From the NCBI RefSeq assembly GCF_964355755.1, contig NC_092679.1:3316201-3380200 (forward strand): a stretch of 64,000 bases of DNA, in the 5' to 3' direction. A model generated the notes under the pieces. It worked only from the letters and a program-made list of their open reading frames with translations. It ran no database searches and had not been told where the DNA came from. The DNA is from Antedon mediterranea. Lineage: Eukaryota; Animalia; Echinodermata. Below, piece by piece: positions 50,392-63,175 of the stretch. Position numbers and translations under genes: made by a program. Numbering within the stretch: the first letter of the stretch is position 1; each line of letters starts with the position of its first letter.

Positions 50392-51955
50392 CTAGAATTT
50401 AATTCGTCACTTTGACGAATTATAGGTGATAATTTTTATCATTTTACAGACATTAATTTTTATTTCACATGCACGTACGTTAACATACGATCAGAAAATG
50501 TTGATGTATGCCATCCTATTATATACGCTTATAGTGCTGAGGTGTGCCTATTATATGCCATATACAATATGTACAGTACGGTATATAATGTATCTATATA
50601 TACAAGTGAAATAAAAATAAAAATAGGAACATCTGAGCCTGACGAGAAACATATAGCTTTTGGAGTAGGCTATAGTTCAATGTTTTTAGATAAGATGGTG
50701 GTCTGGTGGTTCAGAAATATTGCATTTGACATTTTAGAACAAAGAAACAACGAAATGATTGTATAACAATCCGATTGATTTACTAGATTGTTAAGAAAAG
50801 ACGAATTGTAACAAAATATTGTACATACATACTGTAAACTCTCGGTTGTCTTTTTTCATCGAAAGAGGTAATGTTACTACCACTGTCATGAAATAATTAA
50901 ATGCTAACATTTGTTACATTCCTGTATCTGACACATTCACTCAAAGCAAGCCCTGTTCTTAATGCAACACAACATCTCCATTTCATTTTCCAAATAGGCC
51001 TATGCTTATGCGGTATTAAATTAAACAAATTAAAAACCTTGTTTATTCAACAAATCTCCATTTCATGTTCAAAATAGGCCTTTGCGTATGCGGTATTAAA
51101 TTAAACAAATTAAAAACCCTGTTTATGCAACACAACATCTCTATTTCATGTTCAAAATAGGCCTATGCTTATGCGCTAATGAATTAAACATAGTAAAAAC
51201 CTGTTTATGCAACACAACATCTCCATTTCATTTTCAAAATAGGCCTTGTGTATGCGGTATTAAATTAAACAAATTAAAAACCTTGTTTATTCAACAAATC
51301 TCCATTTCATGTTCAAAATAGGCCTATGCGTATGCGGTATTAAATTAAACAAATTAAAAACCTTGTTTATTCAACAAATCTCCATTTCATGTTCAAAATA
51401 GGCCTATGCGTATGCGGTATTAAATTAAACATAGTAAAAACCCTGTTTATGCAAAAAATCTCTATTTCATGTTCAAAATAGGCCTATGCGTATGCGGTAT
51501 TAAATTAAACAAATTAATAACCCTGTTTATTCAACAAATCTCCATTTCATGTTCAAAATAGGCCTATGCTTATGCGGTATTAAATTAAACATAGTAAAAA
51601 CTCTGTTTATGCAAAAAATCTCTATTTCATGTTCAAAATAGGCCTATGCGTATGCGGTATTAAATTAAACATAGTAAAAACCCTGTTTATGCAAAAAATC
51701 TCTATTTCATGTTCAAAATAGGCCTATGCTTATGCGGTATTAAATTAAACAAATTAAAAGCCTTGTTTGTGCAACAAATTTCCATTTCATTTTCAAAATA
51801 GGCCTATTCTTATGCGGTATTAAATTAAAAATCCCCCCCCCCCCCTCCAAAAAAAGTTGTGAATTGATAATGACTGTAAAGCTAGCCTAATTGATTGTGT
51901 GTGTCTGTGATGTGTATGTGCAGTTATGTTTACATTTGTATATATAAGTATATAA
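50392..51955 (-). mobile_element. Non-autonomous Helitron containing a tandem array
   Basis: Minus-strand 3' end: hairpin aattcgtca-aag-tgacgaatt, then aaattCTAG|T. 5' boundary is tentative (ttatatacttatatatac). Confidence 0.65.
50955..51830. repeat. About 76-bp tandem repeat, about 11 copies
   Basis: atctccatttcatgttcaaaataggcctatgcgtatgcggtattaaattaaacaaattaaaaaccttgtttattcaacaa repeated. Confidence 0.96.
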
Positions 51956-54900
51956 TATTCTTACATGGCTTCCCAACATACAAGTTTTCAATTGGATTTT
52001 TGTTTCCAATTGATCGATACTTTCTTGGGATTTTTTGCCTCTTTCATTTTATATATAACTGAATCAACTTTGTTCATACATTATGATTTACTGTATTATA
52101 ACTCTAAAAAAAAAATATATAAAATATCAGAAATTATAATGTTTTACTCAAATATGAATATGAAAGAAAAATGTTTATTTGAATTGAATTGAATCGCCGT
52201 TTCAGTACGTGTTTTCGGAAAATTAAATAAACGTTTTCGAGTTAGATTTATTCCGCATTTAAACAAATTAGCCCCGGCAGCAATTATTAATTTACTGTAT
52301 TTTTTGAAAGATTTAAAAAAAAAAAAATATTCCCGTCCGCAATTATTATGTAATGTATGTTTTCAAAGAGTTTTTTTCTTCTATTCACACCAACTTTTTT
52401 TCTCGAGAATTGTGAATTAATATGTATAGGGTTAAAAAGTTGGAATGGCCGTTTCAGTACGTGTTATTTCAGAAATTATACACATTTTCAATCATATATT
52501 ATTTACTGTAAATATTTTAATTATGTTTAAAGGAATGTCACACGTGGCTGTAAATCTTGCAACGGAGAATCTATTTATCATTCAAAGTTAATTACCAAAA
52601 TTAAGAAAAGTAGGTTTATTGTTTTAAAAATTCTACAAACACAGACAGTCTAAATTATTAGGCTAAACATCTTGGCGATTTTGTCGCCAATAAGGCGATT
52701 CCTAATCATATTATTGACATCTATGATCTAAACGTAAATGGTAATTGTTGAACGGTATAAATAATTTTCAGAAGAAAGACCAAACATGTGGAATTAACCA
52801 TTCCTAAACGATAGACATGTCGTTTGTAAACTTTAATGAATCACAATATTTTCATGTGAGTTGAAGTAAGAGTACAAGGAGTATGGCACGGTTGGAATAT
52901 ATTAACTTGGGACGAAGATGGATGGGCTTTGAACTTGATTTTGAACGAATTGCGACGTTTACGACGCGACGTAGACGGTTTGAGGCACGTTGAGGCAGCA
53001 GCCACCCACGACTCAACCGAAAATGTCATTCTAGCCCTGGTTTCTATCCAAACTCTTGACTTTTTGTTCGACGTTGGAAATTTATAGTTTCGTCGATATT
53101 TTTGTATGGCACGCCAGGACGGACATAACTATGTTAAGATGATATTGCTCGTGTTGAGTTAGCGTAGTATATTTATTTATGCGTTTATAATTTTTCGTTA
53201 AAAACAGTATATTTGAAAATCCTGTATTTTAGTAACCTACAACCACAGTATCATTCCAAAACATCTTACTTTGATAATTGCTTGTAAATTATTTATCTAT
53301 CTAAATGTAATAAGTATGTTTTTTTTTAGTTGACTTTGCGTCATTTTGGTTAGCGTCCAGTTTTAGGTTATTTATATATCTTTAAAAAATATTTTCTATT
53401 TACTAATGGACAGCGACGACAAATAAAGTATAATGTCATCCAATTGGAAACACTGACATATCGAGGTCGGGTCATGTACTTAAATGGCTTTTCCGTGGGT
53501 CTTGTTATTCAACAATATATTAGTTGCTATTCTAAAATAATTGATTTACAACGAACTAATAGATTTGAGTCTTTGAAATAGAACATAACACAATAGGCAG
53601 ATAACTCACTTCCACCATGGATAGATACGGTGGTATAATAACCTTCCGCGCCAGCATAGTTCATATCTTTTAACTTTATGGCGTTAATGCTTTTTGTTTA
53701 ATGGAAATGTAAACCTCCTTACAGTAGGATTAATGTTATTTTGACGATGATGCAGATTGAAACTATGTAATTAACCTTATGATTAAAGAGACCAGATTAG
53801 AGGAGAAATGCCTCGCGTTTGGGGGTACGTTGATATCACAGCAAAAAATGTTTGATCTGTCAAAACAAAGTCTTAATTTTCTGGGGGGAAACCATCTCTA
53901 AACTTTAAGGTTAAAGTTTTCGTTAAATCTCGTTGATAAGATTACCGTCACATACACATAGTTCGATATGCGCGTTCAGACATTGATAAATGGTACGTTT
54001 TCTGTACGCGCGTGTCCAAAAACCGCGACAACCATGGTTTCTTGTTTACGCGCGCGTACAAATGATGTTAATAATCGTACGCGTCCTGTACGCGCGCGTC
54101 TAAACGGTGATAACATTTTCTACGCGCGCTTCGCGATGTCAATCAACATTCGTTCTATCTTCATTATTATACTTGGCGAGTTCTTTGGACATTTCTTACA
54201 GTTAATATCGCTCAACATACTTCAGGACTTAGAGTGAACGAACAAACAAAAGCAAAGATTATTTAACAACAAAAACAAAACATAAGTAAAAGAAAACACC
54301 GGAATCACAGTCTGGCACCATTGATCGATAGTATAGAACGATTAGTTTTGGCTTTTGCCCTGCACTCGTTCATCAAAAGACGTTGATAATAAACAAGATT
54401 ATACGGATGTTCAACTGCTCATAAAATGGGTTAAAAAAAACTGTTATTAAATGACGTAATTTGCTCTTGATTTGCGTATTTTATAAAGTAAAAACAAATT
54501 GAGATGACATTAGGAACGATATTTACGTATTTCTAATCGATGTTGATAGAGTATTCATCAGATATATCTTTTTTGATTAAGAGTATACATAGTAATTGAT
54601 AAAAGAAAGAGCCAGCTATACATTCTAATTTGAAGTGCACATAAACATCGCAATTAAAACTTTAAACTGGCGCCCTCTATACTGTAACAAAGTTTTCATA
54701 GACAATTTTTTTTTCTCGTTTGTTTGAAATGGTTTTTTCCTAACAATTCCAATTGGTATAGTATAATCATATTTTGTGCAGGCAACAATGTAACATGGTG
54801 TATATCATATTTGAAAGTGTTTTAATTTAGAATTGGTTGTCTGCTGATACGTAACCAAAATGTCACCCACCTATTTGACGAAACGCAGAGGACTAACCAA

Positions 54901-55223
54901 TTCCCCTGTTATTCCAAATTTAATTAGAAAAACGGTATTTTACCTAAACAAAAACGAAGGTTATGTCCAAAGAAGCAAACATTTGAAAACATATAGACCC
55001 GTTTATATTAGCAACACTCAGCACCATGATTGGTCAGAGTGAAATATCATTCATCTCAAAATAGTAAATAAATCAGGCGACTGAGAGTGGAAACCCTATC
55101 TGTCGCCTGCTAAGAATGCCATGTTTGTTTGCTTTGAGTCAATGAACGTTTTATAATGCCTAGATGAGGCCAATGGCAACACGTCATCAGATCGCGGCTA
55201 CCCTGTCACTCACAACCCAGTCG

Positions 55224-55454
55224 TATGGCGCGCCAAGCTGTCATTTATTCGCAAATAAAGATATCTAAGATATCTCAGTTTAAAACTAACATATCTCAGT
55301 TTAAAACTAACATATCTCCATTAATAGAGATATCTTTATTTAAAACTAGATATCTCTATTAAAAACTAAGATATCTCTATTAAAAACTAAGATATCTCTA
55401 TTTAAAACTAATATATCTCTATTGCTTGAATAAATGACAGCTTGGCACGCCATA
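55224..55454. mobile_element. 231-bp foldback MITE with 6-bp TSD and internal 21-bp repeats
   Basis: cagtcg|tatggcgcgccaagctgtcatttattc ... gaataaatgacagcttggcacgccata|cagtcg. Confidence 0.88.
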
Positions 55455-55921
55455 CAGTCGCGTCGTAACGTAATCGACTCTCCTTCATGGTTAGGCCTAC
55501 AAATAAAGAATAAATATATGGAAAATAATCTATTTGAGGCTAAATAAAACAAGAAATATTTCTTATACAAAACGCCGATCGACCTTTTGATGCAAAAGTT
55601 TTAATTGTTGTTCTTTCTCCAGAAATAATGATTTATTATCAATTATTTTTGTTTAACAATCAGTACTAGTAGAGAAATGAAATGACTCTTCCCTGGTACT
55701 AGTAAACATTTTGTGTAAATATAGTCTGGCCACTACTCTGTACAGAACAAAATATAATCATAAACTAATGTACATATTCCACTAGGGTAAGGACATTACT
55801 CTAAGGTCATCGTATTTGAATTCTTCTTGATAAAACGTTTTATTAATAGCTTTTTAGTTATTTTCGACAAACTTAAAAATAGTGATTGATGATATTTTGA
55901 ACCATCATTCTTATTTTTGGT

Positions 55922-55982
55922 TTGTTGGTACATTGTTGGTTCGTTGGTACATCGTTGGTTCGTTGATACATCGTTGGTTCGA
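55922..55982. repeat. Short tandem repeat, 3 copies of gttggtacatcgttggttc
   Basis: Directly visible. Confidence 0.75.
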
Positions 55983-58900
55983 CCAAAAAAATATGATGTC
56001 CGCCAAATTGGCATGATTGCAATGTTGATAGTTTTACAGAACATACAAATCTGATGACATTTTTATCATCCCTTATTTTAAAAAAATTGGACGAAAACAA
56101 TCATTCGAAAATGAGCAAAAGAAAAGAACACAAAGTTAGCAACACTTTGTTTGTTTCTTTATTTCCATTCACAACAAAAAGCATAAATATACATAAATAT
56201 TTCATTATAAAAAAATGAAAGAATGGAAATTAAAAACTTCTTGTTTAATAAACATTAAATATACTCACAAGAATATTTAAGTATATAGACAAATATCATA
56301 AAGATCATGTAAAAAAAGTTGTTGAAAAATGGCGAATTAACTGGAAAAGTTAGTCCTATTTCAAATTTGTATAGAAAAAAAATCGTACCAAAATATTAGG
56401 ATGTTTACCGAAACAAAACATGTCACCTCATTAATGTGTCCGTTGTTGCCCCCTGGTGCCTTTAAAACCCCTTTTCCCATTTTTAACAATTTTTTGGGCC
56501 TAAACTTTAGGCGTATACACTACTAGCCTAATCTTGCTTAATATTAATTCAGGAAGTGTCTACAAGCCATAACGAATGTGGTACAGTACAGTATATAGTA
56601 AATAAATATGCACACTGCGGAATTGTGATTTTTTTAGCCCTTTATTTACATTTTCGTTATCTAAGTTTACGTTTAAAACAACCGCACATGGCCTTTAGGT
56701 AGCTTTATGATATACAACTATACATTAAGTAAGCAGATATCGGTCTTAAATACTGCATTTTAAAAACAGTGAATTTTAGGTACAAAGTACATTATTTTGT
56801 GGTAAGTGTTTGAAACCTTTCATTTCATAGTTATGCGCCTGTTGTTTCAAATATTATAATTATTAGTTGGAGAAATGCTTGCAAATTAAGTTTAAACATG
56901 ACTGTGTTGCACGCGCTCAGTGTAACTTTAGGCCTAATCAACAACAAATAGTGTCTTCCACCCGATTCTCAGTGCTGTATTTTAATTTAAACGTATGACA
57001 ATATTTTCCCGGTATCACGGACATTTCCGTAATACAGCACCCATGTGTTTCACATGTGGTGCTTGTATCATCATAGGCATAGGTTAAAGGCCTATACATT
57101 GATAATACTAATAGGCGATACATTTTAATATAGTATATCTATACTAGATATTTGACTAAATTCTGAACAAATAAGATAAGGAATTTAAATTTTTAAGTGG
57201 ACCAATACTCTTTAAGTTATCGATAAATCCGCTATATTTTAAAGTTTCGTATGGTTAAATCATGTTGTTTAGGTCTACTACCGGATAAGGAAATGTTGAA
57301 GTTAAAAAATTAATATTTTTTAAATGATTAAACTTCAACCAATTTATTTCAAATTGGATTTTGATACAGAGGTTATCAAACGTTGAGGTATTCCACTTGT
57401 CATATTCAAGTATAGATCGAGTTTTGTTATTTTTCTCTCGTATTATAATGATTGACGGTAACTTTATCTGTGAACTATGTTGTCCTAAAAACTAACGGTA
57501 ATGAAATTTACACGCTTTGGAAATTAATATCAATCGTGAAGTTTATAAGAGAATCAGAATAATTGAGTTAGGCGCAAACTTTGCGGTTTGATAGCCAGCG
57601 ACAATGCGTTTGAGGTCGAGGGGAGTAGTGCGATATTGTTCCCGTGCCCACACTCAACTGAACCGTGCTCAAGCAAACTGATTGGGCTTAGGGCAAAAAG
57701 AAACAATCTCTTTTTGACTCCTTTGTCTGCTCTGGCTTCTTTATAAAAACCTTGTTTGTTTATTTTAAGTTGCTAAATTTTGGCTATCATGAACCTCATA
57801 CCGGCTAGTTAATGCGCTGGAAGTCGTGATCTGAGTGGATTGAATGAAGGCTTGTTGAAATTTTGCGTTGAAGCGAACTAAATCGAACCTAACGAGTAAG
57901 TTCACTTAGCCACGTTTTCGCAAATCATAATATTAGTGTTTTCAGCAGGCGGTCACTGGATTATTGTGTATGATATAATCTTATGTAAAACTTTTGTCAG
58001 TTTAATTGAACCAGTAAAAACAAACTTTGTTCATTCAATTCACGACCGGCTTGTCATTATTGCAACCGATCCTAAAGCCTCCGGAAACTCAACTTATAGC
58101 CAAAAAGGAAGACGCGCTCTTAAATATATATTTTATTTTTCTATTGTGTTTTAATCTTCACAACAGAGTTCGGTAATTAAGACGTTAGGGTTAATTAACG
58201 GATTATCAGAGCGCTAACAAAATCAGCATCCTATAATTATATGCTGCCTATAAAATGCTGGTAACTATAAAAACCACGGACGTTGGTTTTAGTGGGACGG
58301 TGCAAAACAGAAACGACAAAATACATTCAAAATGGCAAGAAAATTTAAAAAAAGTGTAGGCCTATATAGTCTATCATTTATTTATTTAAATATTCACAAA
58401 TCACAGAGAAAACTGAATTGCTTGAATTTACAAAAATATAGACATTAAAAAATAAAAAATAAATTACTTTACAAAAGTCATGCACAATTGTAAGCGAGTG
58501 CAAAGAGGGTAATTCTTTTTTTGAATTTTACTTTTTGTAAATATTAAAGAACCTAACTGTATTATAATTATACAATTGAATGACCACATTCTCAATATCA
58601 TACTTTTTAAACCCTAATTAAACTTAAACTTTCTAACCCACACTCTCTTGAGCATGCCAAAAAATAGATTTATAATACTGTAAGCGCCTCATCATTTTCG
58701 TCATCATCCGTAACGTCTTCCTCTTCAAACTGCAAGTTAGGCCTATAATTAATTTGAAAACCAAAATAGCTTAGCGACAGGCCTAATTAACTATTGAAAT
58801 AATATTTTTCATTGTTAAGTTTCAGTATGTTTTGTAGGCCTAAATAAATATATAACATTCCGTGTGTGGGTAATTGAGGCGCGGCGAAACACGGTTAAAA

Positions 58901-59679
58901 TACACCGAACAGTGTGCGTCGCATCAGAACCTGTAAACTTCACACCTTCGTCATTATACGCCGCGCATTATCCAGCCGAGATTCTAAACAATTTGTATTT
59001 ACTTGTGTATACTCCAAATAGAAAAATAGCATAAATATTGACAAAACAAGCGAGAAATGAGACCTTGGAATCAAATAGAAGTCTCTTATTTGGAGTCATA
59101 GATGCGTGGCTTAGACCAACCCCTCGAATCGTAATCATACCCGCCTTAGTAGACAGCTTGAATAGGTACTAGCTTTCTAACCATGCCTCGGTTTAATCAG
59201 GCTGAGAAACGCGCGCATGCCTCGCACGTTTTATGCAAGATATTATTAGACTGATATGAATAGTTGTTTATTAAATATTTTCTATTTTTTTATAATTATT
59301 CTGACAAACGTAACTTCTATTAGGCCCTAAGCGTATTAAAAATCTTTGATTTCAATGAATTTTTCTTCTATGAGATTTCAATAAGATGCCCCGTGCTCCA
59401 GAATATAATTGGGTACGTTATTAATAAATATACTAATTAGTAATTGTGCTCACAATGTACCGAAGATGGCTAATCGTTTTATTTTCTCAAAATGTAGGCC
59501 TACGTTCGATGATTATCCTACATATAATTTGTTTCATATTTAAGAACACTTTAAAAGAAGGAAACCAAACTTTTAAAATGAAAGTCGCCGAAAATTAGAA
59601 AAAGAGTTAAAAAATGAGAGTTAACGGACAATAGGCCTAATTGAGGCAAAAATTAATTTCAAAACGAAATGTGTATATA

Positions 59680-59960
59680 TAATATTATGCTGCTGCAATA
59701 GGCCACAAGTTCCTTCATAATTATTTAAATTGATATATTTTAGAAAATTAAATTTTTATATAATTATTATGCTGCTACACTCATTCCGTGAGACTATAAT
59801 ACAAAGTTCCTTCATAATTATTAAAATTGATATATTTTAGAAAATTCAATATTATTTATATTTATTTTATTTTATATTATTATGCTGCTACACTCATTAA
59901 TATTAAACTATATTACAGTTTCTTCATAATGATTTAAATTAATTTTTTATTTTAGAAACT
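59680..59960. repeat. Three diverged 85-110 bp tandem units
   Basis: attatgctgct..ttc(c)ttcataattatttaaattgatatatttt(t)agaaa occurs three times. Confidence 0.75.
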
Positions 59961-61046
59961 CTTCTGAAAGATTTTTGACATTTCATTTCATAAGGCGATT
60001 TAAAATCGTAACAATTTTTTCTTCGTCTGATGACTTTTGGATGTTCTTATGATTAAGATCCATAATGCAACAGAATACAAAACAATTTATTCCATTACGA
60101 TGTAATGATGTCTATAAAGCACTTAAATTATTGCATTTACACCTATTTGTTTTTGCAAATGACGTTTTCTGGTTCGGTTAAGTTACATAAAACTAAGTTT
60201 AAGACTCTAACAAAAAGACCTGCAGAAAATCGCTCTTAAATCCAGAAAAACAACTCATTGTTATATGTTATGAGCTAAGCCATGGTGTTCGTTGTTTACA
60301 AGGGTCTTACATGTTGGAAACAATGGGAGAAAACAGGACTTGTACGGATTACAAGTTGTCGAGCAAACTAAGCCGATGAGGCCTAGAGCGGTTCAAACAT
60401 GTTATGTATTGTTAAAAGTACTAAAACAAACCGGAGTTAATAAGACTAATAACAGAGAAACAAGGCAACAGTGTGCTATGGTTTAGCGTCTTATTTTAAA
60501 AGTTTTTAAGTTATTGGGTGTTGTATGATAAAGAAAACAAGCCCTAAGTAGGTTTAATAGCATAATTACCTCACGGTTTTAAAATTAATTCACCCTAATG
60601 TATGTGTACCCGTATGCACAGAACGCAATTGACCTAGAGCTTAACAACTTTTATTTCATAATGATTTCAATGCATTTGTACTTAAACAGAAATGATAACA
60701 AATATTAATAAATTTGTTGTCCTCTCAAGTTATTTTATTTAACAACATATTTATACAGGATTAACAGGTTTAAAGGAAAACTGTTTTGCATTGTGGTCCT
60801 GTCTTAAATACAAAAAATCAGGAAAAAATGTTTAGTTTTGTGAGAAAAAAAATGAGATCGATATCTAGCTTTGAACAAAGCAATTTTCATGAGTTCCGAA
60901 ATCTTATTTCGTTCATTTTTCTATATTGTTTTCATTGATTTTAAGTCTAAAATGTAGTTTGAATACTGTAGGCCTAAAATTCTGTAAAGTTCCACCTGTA
61001 TTTTTTGTAATTTATATTTGTAAAGGGGGTTAAACTCGATTAGAGA

Positions 61047-61530
61047 AATCTATTTTTTAACCGCCCATTGCCATGCTGTAATTTGTTTCTTTTTTAAAAA
61101 TATATATATATATATATAAACAAATCAGGCAAAGAACAGTAATTCTAACCACCCAGTGATATACTGAAATTTAATTAATTAATTGTATACGATAAGGATG
61201 AGCAAATCTGTGAGAATGAGAAAAATTCGCCCCAACCGAGACTATAGTTCGAGTCTCGGTTGGGGCGACTTTTTTTCATTCTCACAGATTTCCTCATCTT
61301 TATCGTATAAAATTAATTAATTAAATTTCAGTATATTACCGGGCGGTTTAGAATTAATGTTCTATGCCTGATTTATATATATATAAACAAATCAGGCAAA
61401 GAACATTAATTCTAAACCGCCCGGTGTATATATATAAATATATATTTTTAAAAAAGAAACAAATTACAGCATGGCAATAGGAGTTTAAAAAATAGATTCT
61501 CACAGATTTCCTCATCTTTATCGTATAAAA
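61047..61530. repeat. Nested long palindrome (foldback element)
   Basis: Arms of about 125 bp centred near 61245 (cgccccaaccgagact/agtctcggttggggcg); outer arms 61047-61110 and 61435-61498; internal duplication. Confidence 0.9.
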
Positions 61531-62251
61531 GTTGAAGTAAGTAAGTAAATTTTCCATTTAATTTTGAAGTTACAGTATTTAGGCTACTATTAAAACGGTG
61601 CTCATTTTATAAAGAATAATTGTCAAACATTTCTACTTCGAAAAAGAATGGGTGACTGGTCTTTAATATAATATATATAATCATTCGGATTATTTTCAAA
61701 AATTTAAAACTAAATGAGCCTAAAACTAGATCACGGACAAGTCACGATATTGTGACCCGCATATTACCTATAATTGATATTGACCAGAAGATTTGACCCA
61801 TTATCGATTGTCTATGGCATGTTTGGGCCGAAACAAGATCGGTTGCAGGTGGCTGACCAGAAGCTATCTCTAAAAAGACACCCTTAAGTGCCTTAATCAT
61901 CTTTTTATCTATAAGTGGAGGATGAGAAAATGACTAAAGCTGATCGGATGTTTAAGCTTTGGGTTAGGCTTAGGCCTACACCCAATCAATATATTATCTT
62001 CCCTTGAATGTAGCGTTTAGGCTTGCAGCCATGTAACAAGTTGCAATAAAGAGGAATATTATCAAAAGGTATTATTCACCACTAAATCAAAATGTACAGC
62101 AGCCAAACAGTTAATCCCTGCAAGAATTTTTAAGGGATTTAAATATTATTTTCAAATAAAAGTATTAGATATTACATGTAGTACAAAATGTATACTACAT
62201 CATAGGGATACTCTAATGTGGTTATCGTCAGTAAGAACAAACACAAAGTTA

Positions 62252-62510
62252 TCGCGCGCGTACAAAAACGTTTCGTACATCGTAGTTTAAACGCGCGCGT
62301 ACAAAAAGGTACGGTACAACATACCGTAGTTTAAACGCGCGCGTACAAAAACGGTACGGTACATCATAGTTCAAACGCGCGCATACAAAAACGGTACGGT
62401 ACATCATAGTTTAAACGCGCGCGTACAAACACGGTACGGTACACATCGTAGTTAAACGCGCGCGTACAACAAATTTCAACTAATTATGGTTATTTGTACG
62501 CGCGCGTCCT
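62252..62510. repeat. About 40-bp tandem repeat with ACGCGCGCGT palindrome
   Basis: aaacgcgcgcgtacaaaaacggtacggtacatcatagttt about 5 times; the same motif clusters at 53990-54135. Confidence 0.85.
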
Positions 62511-63135
62511 TTAAAGTTAGCATCACAACGTATCTTTAAAAATCTGGCTAACGGGAAAACACAATACGAAATGAGTTAAGTATGCTTAAACACCTTAACT
62601 TTTGTTATTTTTTGATCCAATTATTTCTTTAGGCATCATAGCGGCGAAGGTCAAATGTCTGCGTAGCATATTTTAAATAGATAATGGCGTTGCTTAACTT
62701 CATTAAACATTATGTATTCGAAATAATTTCATACGTTCATGGTAGATTTGCCTCGAGAAAAACATCTTTGTAAATAATGTTGACAAACCACCGCTTTGTA
62801 GATAAGCATCTATACAAAGTAAAGTACATGGCATTTATCCTTCCAAAATTAAAGCACAAACTAATAAATGTAGTTTTTACAGGATTGTTACAATTAAATG
62901 AAAACAATGTAGTATTAACAACATATGTAAAATAACTCAACACGACACATTAACTAATAATTCAATGATAAATAATCATTTCAATATATACAGTAGTAAG
63001 TGGATATTGAACACATGTCAACGTTTGACTTGTTCAGAATTGAAAATAATAGTTTTAAACTATCGATTGATTCGATAATACAATTAATTTAGAATCAGAA
63101 TAAATAAATAATATTAATAAACTAATAATAGTAAA

Positions 63136-63175
63136 CTAGACTTGAAATTGTCGCGTTGACAAATTATAGGTGATC
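63136..63175 (-). mobile_element. Helitron 3' terminus related to that at 50392
   Basis: Minus strand atcacctataatttgtc-aacgc-gacaatttcaagtCTAG|T; shares atcacctataatt with the first copy. Confidence 0.65.
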
